From the sequence record OL739525.1: DNA of 64,000 nucleotides; one strand, written 5' to 3'. The notes under the pieces are model-generated. The model ran no database searches and was not told the DNA's origin. It saw nothing but the letters and a program-made list of their open reading frames with translations. Made by a program: the position numbers and the translations under genes. Origin of the DNA: Escherichia phage dw-ec. Positions 1 to 9,479 of the stretch are shown one piece after another. How positions within the stretch are numbered: position 1 is the first letter of the stretch; every line of letters begins with the position of its first letter.

Positions 1-45
1 CTTGGACACTGTGTACGTGAAGTTAACCTGGTTAAAACAGCAACC

Positions 46-321
46 ATGAAAATTGGTTCTATCCTGAAAGCTGACAACACTGAAGCTGCTAAAGCTGAAG
101 CTGCCGATGCTGCTAAAGTTCTGATTTGGACTGATGCTCTGTTCGGTATTGACGATGTAGCAGTAGGTGACACTTTCACCGCAGTCGTTGGCGTACGTGA
201 TCTTACTCTGAACCGCTTTGCAGTATACTACAAAGATGGCTCCCTGGTAGATGAAGCTGGCGTAGCAGCACTGGAAACACATGATCTGAAACTGACCGAA
301 AAAGTCGTTTTCACTTCTTAA
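46..321 (+). CDS. putative head decoration protein (lambda gpD-like position); may be 5' partial
   Basis: 91 aa from ATG at 46, but the frame is open back to position 1 with no obvious RBS, so the gene may start upstream of the window. Small Ala/Val-rich protein directly upstream of the capsid gene, as for lambda D. Sequence resemblance is weak. Confidence 0.4.
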   Translation: MKIGSILKADNTEAAKAEAADAAKVLIWTDALFGIDDVAVGDTFTAVVGVRDLTLNRFAVYYKDGSLVDEAGVAALETHDLKLTEKVVFTS

Positions 322-342
322 TTTTAATAGGAGATTAATATA

Positions 343-1344
343 ATGCCAGCAGTAATTTTAGATCAGGTTGTAGATTTCAGCCCTATGATCGAACTTCAGG
401 ATTCCCCTGATACACTGATTGCCAGCCTGAATCTGTTCAGTGTTGACTATCATTCAACTACCGCTATTGAAATCGGTAAAGAAAAAGCTGAAGATGCTCT
501 GATCTCCGCTCGTGAGCGTGGTGGTGAGCGTAACTTCCTGAGCATGAAAAATCCAGAACTGAAAGCGTTCCGCATTCCGTTCTTCCCTCTGGATAAAAAC
601 ATCAAAGCTCAAGATATTCAATCTTTCCGTAGCTTTGCAATGGCAGGAATCAATGACTCTCTGCGCACAGACGCTGAAGTTGTTAACCGCTATATGTCCC
701 AGATTCTGCGTGACGTAGCAAAAACCAAAGAGAAAATCTTTGCAGAAGCAGTTATGGGTCGTGCCTATAACGGCGTAGGTGGTGCAGCTAACTCTGCATA
801 CAACTGGTATACCGAATGGGGTGCTACCCAGAAATCTGTTGCTGTAGACTTTGCTTCTACCACTGTTTCTCCAGCAGCCACTATCGAGAAAGAAGCTCGT
901 GCTTACATCATCGATACTAAACAAGATGGTTCTACCGCTACTCGTATCGTAGCTCTGTGTTCTCGTGAATTTTTCGCATCTCTGGTTAACTCTCCATTTG
1001 TTCGCCAGGCATATCAGTATTTCCAGGGAACTCCTAACCTTCTGCGTGATCGCCTTAGCGGTAACATGGATGTTCAGGTGTTCGAATGGAACGGTGTAAC
1101 TTACATTGAAGATATCCACGGTAACATCCCTGCTGGTGAAGCATATGTTCTGCCTATGGGTATCGAAGGTATGTTCCAGGCGCACTACGCTCCTGCGGAT
1201 ACTCCAGAACTGGCTAACACCCAGGCTCGTGAACTGTATACCTTCATGATCAGCCAGCACCGCACTATTCAGCTTCAGTCTGAATTCTCGCTGCTCGCAG
1301 TTAACACCCGTCCAGAACTGGTAGTTAAACTGACTACGGCTTAA
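343..1344 (+). CDS. major capsid protein, lambda gpE-type
   Basis: 333 aa, RBS TAGGAGA. The C-terminal stretch NTQARELYTFMISQ resembles lambda E-type capsid proteins as I recall them (unverified). Highly expressed-type codon usage; followed by a hairpin terminator. Confidence 0.75.
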   Translation: MPAVILDQVVDFSPMIELQDSPDTLIASLNLFSVDYHSTTAIEIGKEKAEDALISARERGGERNFLSMKNPELKAFRIPFFPLDKNIKAQDIQSFRSFAMAGINDSLRTDAEVVNRYMSQILRDVAKTKEKIFAEAVMGRAYNGVGGAANSAYNWYTEWGATQKSVAVDFASTTVSPAATIEKEARAYIIDTKQDGSTATRIVALCSREFFASLVNSPFVRQAYQYFQGTPNLLRDRLSGNMDVQVFEWNGVTYIEDIHGNIPAGEAYVLPMGIEGMFQAHYAPADTPELANTQARELYTFMISQHRTIQLQSEFSLLAVNTRPELVVKLTTA

Positions 1345-1364
1345 TAGAACTCTGTTAAGATTAG

Positions 1365-1398
1365 AGGCTCGTCCGTGATGGGCGAGCCTTTTCTGTTT
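1365..1398 (+). terminator. hairpin plus T-run after capsid gene
   Basis: AGGCTCGTCC...GGGCGAGCCT stem followed by TTTTCTGTTT. Confidence 0.55.
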
Positions 1399-1428
1399 AC
1401 AATAAGAGTTTACAACGAGGAGATTGAT

Positions 1429-1773
1429 ATGTCAAACCCAGAATTGAAACGTTACTTTAGTTATCACGAAATGATTCGTGATTTCGAATCGCTTTCACCA
1501 CTGATCGATGCTGATAAAACATTAGTATCTGCGCCACCAATGTCTTTCTATCTGAAAGATGGTCGTATTGCATTAGGTGGAAACTTCATTCACTTCCTCA
1601 CGCGTTTGAGAGAAGAAACAGGTATTCTTGTGCATCCTTTTGCAAGTGAAGAACACATGGGTTACTATCTTGTAAGTTACGAAGACTATGCACCTGTAAA
1701 AATCAAAGAAGAAGTTTTAAAAGTAGAAGCGGTAGACACTCCAGCTAAAAAACGTTCCCTTCGTAAAAAATAA
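1429..1773 (+). CDS. hypothetical structural protein (head completion/neck candidate)
   Basis: The track ORF 1375-1773 begins inside the terminator hairpin; the internal ATG at 1429 has RBS GAGGAG. 114 aa. Confidence 0.5.
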   Translation: MSNPELKRYFSYHEMIRDFESLSPLIDADKTLVSAPPMSFYLKDGRIALGGNFIHFLTRLREETGILVHPFASEEHMGYYLVSYEDYAPVKIKEEVLKVEAVDTPAKKRSLRKK

Positions 1774-1782
1774 GGTGGGCTT

Positions 1783-2331
1783 ATGCTGAATGCGGTAGAG
1801 TTGGCACCACTGATCCGAATTCTTGTTTATAACCCTTCTCAAGAAGTATTGCCAGATGCAATGCTGATTCAGATCATCCAAACTTGGATTGATATTATAG
1901 GGAATGAAGATAAGGATAAGTGTGCAGTATTGTGGAACAGCTTGATTTCTGTTTTAGAGTATTTATGGAACAACGATGTTCTTAACAATAGTACTCAAAC
2001 AGGAGGAGCTATGTCCCGCAGAGAAAAGATGGGTGAAGTCGAAGTTGAAGTTAAATTTAACAACGGTCAAGTAACTTATAAGTCTCCGTGGGAAGATATC
2101 TATCATAACTATTTAAATGGTCTTATGGTCATTCCTGGGTGCACGGCAGGACGAGGGGCAACCAGTAAAGTTCTTATTGGCGGTGTTGATGCTCGTGAGA
2201 TTGATCGAGTAAACAGCGATCCTAACTCTGTGAATGGTCTTGGTAATGTTGCAAGTGTTGATCGTAATACCCGCAACGTTAATTATTTGCGAAATTACGG
2301 ACCTGTTTCTTTTTATCGTAGGGACAAATAA
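1783..2331 (+). CDS. hypothetical structural protein
   Basis: 182 aa ORF with RBS AAGGTGG, in the head-to-tail joining region. Confidence 0.5.
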   Translation: MLNAVELAPLIRILVYNPSQEVLPDAMLIQIIQTWIDIIGNEDKDKCAVLWNSLISVLEYLWNNDVLNNSTQTGGAMSRREKMGEVEVEVKFNNGQVTYKSPWEDIYHNYLNGLMVIPGCTAGRGATSKVLIGGVDAREIDRVNSDPNSVNGLGNVASVDRNTRNVNYLRNYGPVSFYRRDK

Positions 2332-2819
2332 TGGAAAGTGAGATCTTACCAGGTGATGATACAGATTGGGAAACCATTATCAAAAAGATGATGGATCTCG
2401 AACAAGTTCAAATCGAAGCTGGTTTTTTAACAAACAAAAGGCATCCTGAATCAGATCTCACTATTCCTGCAATAGCAGCTATTCAACAATATGGTAATGA
2501 AACAAATAACATACCTGCTCGTCCTTTTATAACAGATGGTGCTGTTATCTCACAGAACAATATCGCTAAAAAGATGAAGCAGGTTTTTGCAAATTACCTA
2601 ATGAACAATGTCGGATTAGCTGTTTTTGAGCCTATAGCGAGAGCCTCTAGAGAAGGAATAGCTCAAGCGATTGCAATGCAACGTTATCGTCCTTTATCTC
2701 CTGTGACAATTAAGATACGACAAGATAAAGGCAACTATTCTAATCATATCTTAATAGATACGGCATATATGATAAATGCAATCGAAACAAAAATCACAAA
2801 AAGCAAGTCTAAAAAATAA
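2331..2819 (+). CDS. hypothetical structural protein
   Basis: 162 aa; start overlaps the previous stop (TAATG), suggesting translational coupling. Confidence 0.5.
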   Translation: MESEILPGDDTDWETIIKKMMDLEQVQIEAGFLTNKRHPESDLTIPAIAAIQQYGNETNNIPARPFITDGAVISQNNIAKKMKQVFANYLMNNVGLAVFEPIARASREGIAQAIAMQRYRPLSPVTIKIRQDKGNYSNHILIDTAYMINAIETKITKSKSKK

Positions 2820-2864
2820 CTTGCATAAACTTTGTTTTTGATGTATACTAAAAAGGAGATACAA

Positions 2865-3281
2865 GTGTTACTAGATCAATTTACTCTCCTTGATCTAACT
2901 GAATACCAAGGTCGTAGACGAGTCTACAAAGAGGCAGTTGGTTCAGTTATTGCTAACTTAGAAAGTAGTGTAGAATATGAACCATTTACTATTGAAGCGG
3001 CAAGCTTACAACCGATATCTGGTAAAACACTGAATGCACTACCTGAAGGTTACAGATCTAAGGCTCAATATAGTTTCTGGACTAAAACAGAAATGAAGGG
3101 GTTACAACAAGGAACAGAACAGTTATCAGATCAGATATTGATAGATGGTAAATGGTATTCTGTTTATTCCCTTAAAGATTGGACCAGAACATCTTTCTTA
3201 GTCCATCATCACTGTGTTGCGATATTAGACGATCAAAACAACTCCTGGTCTTATGGAACAGAAGGAGGAAACTTTGGCTAA
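2865..3281 (+). CDS. hypothetical structural protein
   Basis: Track ORF 2832-3281. A GTG at 2865 follows RBS AAGGAG and is the more plausible start than the TTG at 2832. Confidence 0.4.
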   Translation: MLLDQFTLLDLTEYQGRRRVYKEAVGSVIANLESSVEYEPFTIEAASLQPISGKTLNALPEGYRSKAQYSFWTKTEMKGLQQGTEQLSDQILIDGKWYSVYSLKDWTRTSFLVHHHCVAILDDQNNSWSYGTEGGNFG

Positions 3282-3912
3282 TATTTACCAACAAATAGAA
3301 GCATACGAAAATGCCATCTACTTAAATATAGGTGGCTTCCTTCAAGAATTAGTGGGGTTGCCAGTCTATGTTATGGATAAGCCATTCATTAAACCGGATA
3401 CTCCTTACCTAGCACTACGTATTATCACTTCCAGCGATTCTGGAGGTTGGTCTTACCGAAGCTCTATTCAAAATGATATGTATTCCTACGAGATGGATAA
3501 TACCTACGAGATTGAACTTGTAGCCTATCGTGGAAGACCTACCACTTTGATGAGCTATGTTCTGGCTGCTCTCCGTGGTGCAGAGGAATTAAAATACAAA
3601 CATCTCTATTCTAAAGGTCTTGGTTTTTTAGGAGCCTCTAATATAGCTCAAGCCAATACAATTGTAGACGGAGATAAGACTGAATTAAGAGCGCGTATGG
3701 TTATGACGTTCAACACTCGTATGAGTATTGAAGATATTGCTACTACACCAATAGAAGCAATCAACATGCACATCCGTTCATTCAGAGATAGTTACAATGA
3801 TCCTATCCCTTTAGATTTAATTCTAAACAGGGTTTATGCAATTACTTTGGTTCCAGGCGAATACTCGTCAGTTAATCAAAATGGATCATTATTTAACAAC
3901 CCTACCGAATAA
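3274..3912 (+). CDS. hypothetical structural protein (tail completion candidate)
   Basis: Track start is 3253; an in-frame TTG at 3274 follows RBS AAGGAGG and overlaps the upstream stop by 8 nt. Confidence 0.45.
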   Translation: MANIYQQIEAYENAIYLNIGGFLQELVGLPVYVMDKPFIKPDTPYLALRIITSSDSGGWSYRSSIQNDMYSYEMDNTYEIELVAYRGRPTTLMSYVLAALRGAEELKYKHLYSKGLGFLGASNIAQANTIVDGDKTELRARMVMTFNTRMSIEDIATTPIEAINMHIRSFRDSYNDPIPLDLILNRVYAITLVPGEYSSVNQNGSLFNNPTE

Positions 3913-3946
3913 ACTCATTGGAATTAAGTTTCTAACAGGAGCATAA

Positions 3947-5320
3947 ATGGCAACTTTTCGTGAAAAGGTAGCAACCGTAACTTTACTGTATGGTGCTACA
4001 TCAATTCGTGAAACCCAGTTCGATATTCCCCTGATCCTTACAGGTCAGAACGTAACTGGCGAAGCGATTCAATATTACTCTTCTTCCGATGCACTTTTGG
4101 AAGCAGGTTATGGATTAAATGATCCAGCGTATATTATGGCAGTCAAACTGTTTAACGGTTTGTTCCCACCAGATCAAGTCATGGTTGGTAAGCGTGAAGT
4201 TACAAACTTTACTCTAACTCCAATCGTAGAAGATAGTGCAACTTACACAATTACCATCAAAAATGGTACCAAGAAAAAAGAATTTAAATTCATTGCTGAT
4301 GACACTGCAACTGCACAAGAGATTGTAGTTGGTCTGACTGAAATGATCAATGCAGATCTTGTTTATGGCCCACTGTTTACAGTAGCTAACAACGGCGCTG
4401 CAATGACTTTCACTCCAGTAGAAGGTAAGTTTGGTTCTATTGACAGCACAGGTTTCACTCAAGAAACTGTCTATGCTAATGCTATTACGGAAGATATTGC
4501 TGCTCTGCATGATATTGATAGTAGCTGGTTCTGGACCCTTTCAGATTCCCATGAAACAGAAGATGTTCTAGCTTTGGCTGCATGGGTAGAAGAGAATGAT
4601 AAAGTTTACTTCTTCTCTAGCTCTGAACCTGGAATTAAAACGAAAGCAGAAGATAACGTTCTGGAACGACTGAATGACCTCGGTTATAATAACACTTGCT
4701 TTGCTTTGTGGATGACCGATGCAGATTCTGTATTCCCAGAAGCAGCAGTTGTTGGTGCAATCTGTTCTCGTCAACCTGGTTTAACTACTCTTCACGGTAA
4801 AACACTGGTAGGTGTAGAGATCGAGAAACTGGATCAGACTTCGGAAAACAATATTGTTCAACAGAACGGCAACATCTATCGTAAAGAGCATGGAACTCTG
4901 TTCTATCGTGATGGATTGATGGTTAGCGGTTTCTTTGTTGACTATGTTGTTCATGCTTTGTGGTTTAAAGCTCGCACAGAAGAATCACTGTTTACACTGT
5001 TTAAACAACAGTCTATGCTGGGTGGTGGCGTTCGTGCTACTTCAAACGGTCTGGCTTTGATTCGACAAGCTGTTCTGGCTAACCCGATCCAAGTAGGTAT
5101 CCTCAACGGTTCCATCGCTAATGAAGTTGTTACTTCTGAAGAGACTGGTTTGCGTGTCGATCTGAAACCTATTGTTTATATTCCTTCTCGTGCTGATATG
5201 ACTGATGCGCAAATCAATGCTCGTCTGGTCGATGGGATGAAGATTGAATATGTTTACGCTGGCTTCTTCCATTACGTTAAAGTTCAGGTCAACGTCCTGA
5301 CTAACCGTACTGCAAACTAA
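3947..5320 (+). CDS. tail sheath protein (putative)
   Basis: 457 aa, RBS AGGAG. Conserved myovirus order sheath, tube, chaperone pair, tape measure. No motif verified. Confidence 0.55.
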   Translation: MATFREKVATVTLLYGATSIRETQFDIPLILTGQNVTGEAIQYYSSSDALLEAGYGLNDPAYIMAVKLFNGLFPPDQVMVGKREVTNFTLTPIVEDSATYTITIKNGTKKKEFKFIADDTATAQEIVVGLTEMINADLVYGPLFTVANNGAAMTFTPVEGKFGSIDSTGFTQETVYANAITEDIAALHDIDSSWFWTLSDSHETEDVLALAAWVEENDKVYFFSSSEPGIKTKAEDNVLERLNDLGYNNTCFALWMTDADSVFPEAAVVGAICSRQPGLTTLHGKTLVGVEIEKLDQTSENNIVQQNGNIYRKEHGTLFYRDGLMVSGFFVDYVVHALWFKARTEESLFTLFKQQSMLGGGVRATSNGLALIRQAVLANPIQVGILNGSIANEVVTSEETGLRVDLKPIVYIPSRADMTDAQINARLVDGMKIEYVYAGFFHYVKVQVNVLTNRTAN

Positions 5321-5323
5321 TAC

Positions 5324-5344
5324 GGCGGGGGTTAAGCCCCCGTT
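5324..5344 (+). other. stem-loop between sheath and tube genes
   Basis: CGGGGG-TTAAG-CCCCCG hairpin with no strong T-run; possible attenuator or processing site. Confidence 0.3.
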
Positions 5345-5366
5345 ATCAAAATAAAGAGGATCTATA

Positions 5367-5846
5367 ATGGATAAAATGCTTACTGGCGTAATGGCCTACG
5401 ACCCATCTCAAGTTATCCTTTCATTAGGTGGTTGGGAACCGTGGGGTTTTGCGGCTGATACTAAAATCGTTATTGCTAAATCTAACGATATTATCAACCC
5501 TTATTCAGGGACTGATGGTGACGTTTCACTAGCTTTGAGTCGTAACCGTTTGGGAACACTCACAATGTCTTTGCAACGCACATCTCCAGCTAACGAAGTA
5601 CTTGCAACATATGCACAAACAATGTATTCTACTCGTCAAGTAGCATTCAGCGTTTACTTGGAAGACCCACGTGGCTATTACATTAGCACGATTGGATGGA
5701 TTCAAAGTCAGCCTGAAGATACTATTGGCGAAATGATTACAGAGAACCAATGGGTTATTGGTCTTAAAGATGCAAGCCTTCTGCGTAATGAAGTTGGTGT
5801 AGGTTTGAGCACCCTTAACTCAATCTCTGCTCTGACAATTCAATAA
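5367..5846 (+). CDS. tail tube protein (putative)
   Basis: 159 aa ORF directly after the sheath gene; RBS AGAGGA. Confidence 0.5.
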   Translation: MDKMLTGVMAYDPSQVILSLGGWEPWGFAADTKIVIAKSNDIINPYSGTDGDVSLALSRNRLGTLTMSLQRTSPANEVLATYAQTMYSTRQVAFSVYLEDPRGYYISTIGWIQSQPEDTIGEMITENQWVIGLKDASLLRNEVGVGLSTLNSISALTIQ

Positions 5847-5852
5847 TAAATA

Positions 5853-5876
5853 AAGGGCAGAAATGCCCTTTTTATC
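5853..5876 (+). terminator. rho-independent terminator after tube gene
   Basis: AAGGGCA-GAAA-TGCCCTT stem with GAAA loop, then TTTTT. Confidence 0.6.
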
Positions 5877-5891
5877 ATTAGAGAGGAAAAT

Positions 5892-6374
5892 ATGTCACAA
5901 GAACAAGATAACACAATTCAAAAATATGCTCGACCAGAAGAAGTAGTTGAGATTCCGTTAGATGGAAACAGATCTGTTACTTTCCGTATTATGAAGTGGA
6001 GTCCATCTAAAGTGTTTGACAGGATTCCAGAATTAGGTAGTGTTCTGGTTGTTCCTATGACTATGTATAGCACAGCAACAATGTCCGCAGACGAAGACCT
6101 TGAGTCACGTATTGCTATGGCACTGATCCAACTTTTTGCAGGTTTGGAAGAAAAGAATTTAACTGTCTTTTTGCGTAAAATTTTAGATGAGGTTTATACT
6201 CAAGACGGTTATAACGTTGCAGAAAATTTTGATGAATTATTTATGGCTCACCCAGAACTAGTGTTAGATCTTACTGCTAAAGTTCTGGAGGTAAACTACG
6301 GCCCTTTTTTCAAACGAGGTTTCGGAAAACTGTTCACACAGCTTCAGGCGATGACGAGTTTAGCAGCAAATTAA
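5892..6374 (+). CDS. tail assembly chaperone (G-like, zero-frame product)
   Basis: 160 aa ORF directly upstream of the tape measure gene; contains the slippery heptamer T_TTT_TTC. Confidence 0.6.
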   Translation: MSQEQDNTIQKYARPEEVVEIPLDGNRSVTFRIMKWSPSKVFDRIPELGSVLVVPMTMYSTATMSADEDLESRIAMALIQLFAGLEEKNLTVFLRKILDEVYTQDGYNVAENFDELFMAHPELVLDLTAKVLEVNYGPFFKRGFGKLFTQLQAMTSLAAN

Positions 6375-6640
6375 CACCTGCGATTGAACATGCTATCGAC
6401 ACAGCAACGAAAACCCTTACTTTGAAGTGGTATGAGGTTATTCTTTGCAAAGTCGTTAAAGATACCTCGGAAACACTGAAAACATTGGATAACTACGGTG
6501 TAGATTATCTTTTAAAACTATATGAGTATTTAACATACGAAGAGTATGTTGAAGCCATGTATGTTAAAGACACTTCAATAAAGAGAAAACATCAAAACCA
6601 GACAAATAAAATGTCAGATTTGTTTAAGAAACTTGTTTAA
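5892..6640 (+). CDS. tail assembly chaperone, frameshift-extended form (G-T-like)
   Basis: The -1 frame after 6305-6311 is continuous with ORF 6422-6640, with no stop between 6311 and 6422. Fusion would be about 249 aa. Matches the conserved chaperone frameshift arrangement upstream of tape measure genes. Confidence 0.45.
6305..6311 (+). promoter_or_regulatory. predicted -1 ribosomal frameshift slippery site T_TTT_TTC
   Basis: Zero-frame codons CCT TTT TTC. The -1 frame from 6311 is open through to the stop at 6640. Confidence 0.5.
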
Positions 6641-6660
6641 TCCAACACGAGGAACATACT

Positions 6661-8649
6661 TTGTTAGAAATTAACGCCTCCAAAATTAGTAACGTGGTTA
6701 CGTTTAAGGTGGACAAGAACAGTCTCAAGGAAGCAAAAGATGCCGTGTTGAGTGTTCAGAAGTTTGCAAATAAAATGCAACCCACTATGAACATGACCAA
6801 GTTTAGACAACAAATGAAAGAGATTGAGCGTGAACTTAAGAAAGCTCAAACTCAAAGTCAAAAACCTATGCGAGCACCTACTCCCGCTGGAGCGGGTGCT
6901 CCTGTAGGTGGATCTGGCAGACCAAGAACTCCTAAAACCCCGCAAGGAAGAGAAGAAGAAAAAGCTCGTAAAGCGGCTGAACGCGAAGCTAAAGCAGCAG
7001 CACGTAGGGAAGACTTAGGTAATCTTCGTTTGCAAAACTTTAACTACCGAGCAAAAGCATTTAGTAAAGCCAGCCCTGGCGCTATGCAAGAAGCTAGAGA
7101 CGTTATGGGTAAAGCTGTAGAGCAATACAAAAAGGGTGAAATAACTCTTCAACGTATGAACCAAGCTCTTGCTCACCAGTTAGATGCCTTACGCAGATCT
7201 CATCGTGAAAAGAATGCTGAAATAGAAGACGAGGTTCGCGGTCGTCGCCGTATTCGTAGAGAGCTAGAAGCAGAAGCTAAAATGCGTATACGTATGCGAA
7301 ATCGTGAACTTAGAGATATAGAACGCAACCGTAAGCGTGAATTAGCTCAACAAAAACGTGATCGTGATCGTCGATATGGACAATTAAAAGAAGGTGCAGC
7401 AGGTCTTAATCCACGTATGATTGCATCCTCTTTGATAGGTGCTGGGCTGTTTGCAGGTGGTTCTGTAGTTGGTAACACGTTGATGAATACTAACGAAAGA
7501 ATTAAACTTGTAAGTCGTGGCGCTGAAAACGTTCAGACAAACGCCAACGCTATTTTGGCAATGACAGCTTGGGGTGAACAGAACGGTGTAGACTCTGCAA
7601 ATATTATTAAATCAATAGATAATATTAAAGACGTTCGTGAACGTCTTGGTAATACAGTTTTAGCCTCAAAATGGAATGAGAAAGAAGGGAAGTGGAAAGG
7701 CGGTGATAATGGCATAAATGACATTATGAACTTGTTTGGATGGAATCCAGAACAGCTTAAACCTTTACAGAACGACCCTTTAGCTTTTATTCAGGCTACT
7801 GTTAATGAAGGTGAGCGTCGAGGTATGAACTCTGCTCAAATCGGGCGACTTCTTGAAAACCTTGGTGACGACCTTATGCACTACCAGCGCATGTTTAGTA
7901 AAAACGGCGAAGGGTATAATGAGGTATTGAAAATGCTTCAAAGAACAGGTGCAACATTAACTCAAGAACAAATAGATGCTTCTAAAGAGTTTACTCGTTT
8001 TGCTGCAACAGTTCAGCTTGTAGGTCAAGGTATGCAGAACCATTTCTTAGAGGGTTTTGTGAAAGCCTTACCTAAAGATGATTCTTGGTTGGATAACGTT
8101 AAAGTGCTAGATCAGTTTGCCAAAGATTTAGGTGAAGAACTTGGTAAAACAACAGTTCAACTTGGTGGTTTTGCTAAAGAATTGGGAGATGGTTTCGGAT
8201 CTTTTACCAATTGGCTTAAAGAAACATTCCCAGATACCTTCGGAGACAACACAGATCCTAATAAATCTATGGCACAAAAAGCATACGAGGCAACGCAAAG
8301 TGGAGACAGTAACCCTGTAGCAGATTGGTTGTACAATTTAACAGGTATTGATACACAAGATATTGGTCGTATGTGGAGAGGAGAACAAACAAGGACACGT
8401 GCTTTTGGATTTGGTAATCCTCTTGAAGATTTACGTGAATCAGCCTATACACCTAACGTAAGTTTGGCTCGTAATCAACCTGTTGTTGAGAATACGGTAG
8501 CAATACCAAGTGATCTTATCAAAGTTACGATCAGCCCTTCTTCCGAGTTTGGAAATATTCTTGATGCAAGAATTCAAAATAGCGGAAATAGCATTTTCCA
8601 ACGTTTGTCTCTTTCAACTCTAAGTGGACAATCTAACACTGGTGGTTAA
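6661..8649 (+). CDS. tail tape measure protein
   Basis: 662 aa, TTG start after RBS GAGGAA. Long highly charged coiled-coil region (repeated R/E/K/A runs); located after the chaperone pair. Confidence 0.75.
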   Translation: MLEINASKISNVVTFKVDKNSLKEAKDAVLSVQKFANKMQPTMNMTKFRQQMKEIERELKKAQTQSQKPMRAPTPAGAGAPVGGSGRPRTPKTPQGREEEKARKAAEREAKAAARREDLGNLRLQNFNYRAKAFSKASPGAMQEARDVMGKAVEQYKKGEITLQRMNQALAHQLDALRRSHREKNAEIEDEVRGRRRIRRELEAEAKMRIRMRNRELRDIERNRKRELAQQKRDRDRRYGQLKEGAAGLNPRMIASSLIGAGLFAGGSVVGNTLMNTNERIKLVSRGAENVQTNANAILAMTAWGEQNGVDSANIIKSIDNIKDVRERLGNTVLASKWNEKEGKWKGGDNGINDIMNLFGWNPEQLKPLQNDPLAFIQATVNEGERRGMNSAQIGRLLENLGDDLMHYQRMFSKNGEGYNEVLKMLQRTGATLTQEQIDASKEFTRFAATVQLVGQGMQNHFLEGFVKALPKDDSWLDNVKVLDQFAKDLGEELGKTTVQLGGFAKELGDGFGSFTNWLKETFPDTFGDNTDPNKSMAQKAYEATQSGDSNPVADWLYNLTGIDTQDIGRMWRGEQTRTRAFGFGNPLEDLRESAYTPNVSLARNQPVVENTVAIPSDLIKVTISPSSEFGNILDARIQNSGNSIFQRLSLSTLSGQSNTGG

Positions 8650-8656
8650 TAAAATA

Positions 8657-8678
8657 CCTCGCTTCGGCGGGGTTTTTT
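8657..8678 (+). terminator. rho-independent terminator after tape measure gene
   Basis: CCTCGC-TTCG-GCGGGG stem with UUCG tetraloop, then TTTTTT. Confidence 0.7.
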
Positions 8679-8686
8679 CGTTTCCC

Positions 8687-8716
8687 TTGACACGAAGTTT
8701 CTATATGTGTTACAAT
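8687..8716 (+). promoter_or_regulatory. sigma70-like promoter (TTGACA-N18-TACAAT)
   Basis: -35 TTGACA at 8687-8692 and -10 TACAAT at 8711-8716, in the gap before the baseplate genes. Confidence 0.55.
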
Positions 8717-8726
8717 AATCAATATG

Positions 8727-8749
8727 GGAAGATCTTGCATCTTCCTTTT
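8727..8749 (+). promoter_or_regulatory. promoter-proximal hairpin plus U-run in 5' leader
   Basis: GGAAGAT-CTTGC-ATCTTCC followed by TTTT, just downstream of the predicted start site and upstream of the RBS at about 8765. Confidence 0.3.
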
Positions 8750-8775
8750 GGCATTATCATTACTACGAGGTTATC

Positions 8776-9477
8776 ATGGCAGCAATGACTCCACAACAGT
8801 CGGTGAGAGCCGTCTATAAGGCAGAACAGGAAATCAACTCTACCGAGAATAAAAATACCTCGGCATCTACTGTAAAGGGTGATAATGGTTTCTGCATTTT
8901 AGCAAGTGTTTATAATAGTTCAAGTGATCAATACATTCAAAACTTTAAAGCAATTACTTTCGATTCAGTCCCTGAAATAGGTGTAACTCGTGAGGCAGAT
9001 GTTACAAGTTTTCCAGTAGAATCAGGATCGGATGTAAGCGACCACGTTCAAATAAAAAACAACAGATTTAAACTTTCAGGTATAATTACCGAAACACCAA
9101 TTCGGCTTATGCGAGATCAATTATACAGTGCAGGTGTAAATGGGGCAAGGATTTCTCAAGCAATAGAATATCTAGATCAAATATTTGAGTCAAGACAACC
9201 AATAGTTCTTTTGACAGAACACAGAACTTTTGAAAATGTTATTCTCAAAGGTTATTCATATGATTATAAATCTGAATTTGCTATGCAATTTGATTTAGAG
9301 TTTGAACAAATCCGTCTCGTTTCTAAGGCCACTACTAACGCTATTGCTGTAAAAACAGCACCAAATAAGTCAACTGGTGGTGATGTGAAAGGTCAAGTTG
9401 CTTCTAATGGTCCTAAGTCAGATATTACAGTAAGAACTGCTGAAGCTACTAATACCCCAACAAACAATGGAGGTTAA
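8776..9477 (+). CDS. baseplate/tail assembly protein (hypothetical)
   Basis: 233 aa ORF with RBS, first gene after the tape measure. Confidence 0.4.
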   Translation: MAAMTPQQSVRAVYKAEQEINSTENKNTSASTVKGDNGFCILASVYNSSSDQYIQNFKAITFDSVPEIGVTREADVTSFPVESGSDVSDHVQIKNNRFKLSGIITETPIRLMRDQLYSAGVNGARISQAIEYLDQIFESRQPIVLLTEHRTFENVILKGYSYDYKSEFAMQFDLEFEQIRLVSKATTNAIAVKTAPNKSTGGDVKGQVASNGPKSDITVRTAEATNTPTNNGG

Positions 9478-9479
9478 TA

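Noticed and set aside
454-1260. 268-aa ORF on the minus strand inside the major capsid gene
   Set aside because: Antisense to a strongly supported gene, no RBS, composition typical of a shadow ORF. The same applies to the other short antisense ORFs in the track, for example 4214-4510, 13143-13349, 25939-26310 and 36129-36416.
2821-2849. Promoter-like TTGCAT-N17-TATACT upstream of the gene at 2865
   Set aside because: The predicted transcript start would fall inside the RBS of the gene it should serve, and it lies within a tightly coupled late operon. Kept only as a weak possibility.
8724-8822. Short upstream ORF starting at ATG 8724 inside the leader hairpin
   Set aside because: No RBS, out of frame with the downstream gene, and it overlaps a structured region; more likely non-coding leader.
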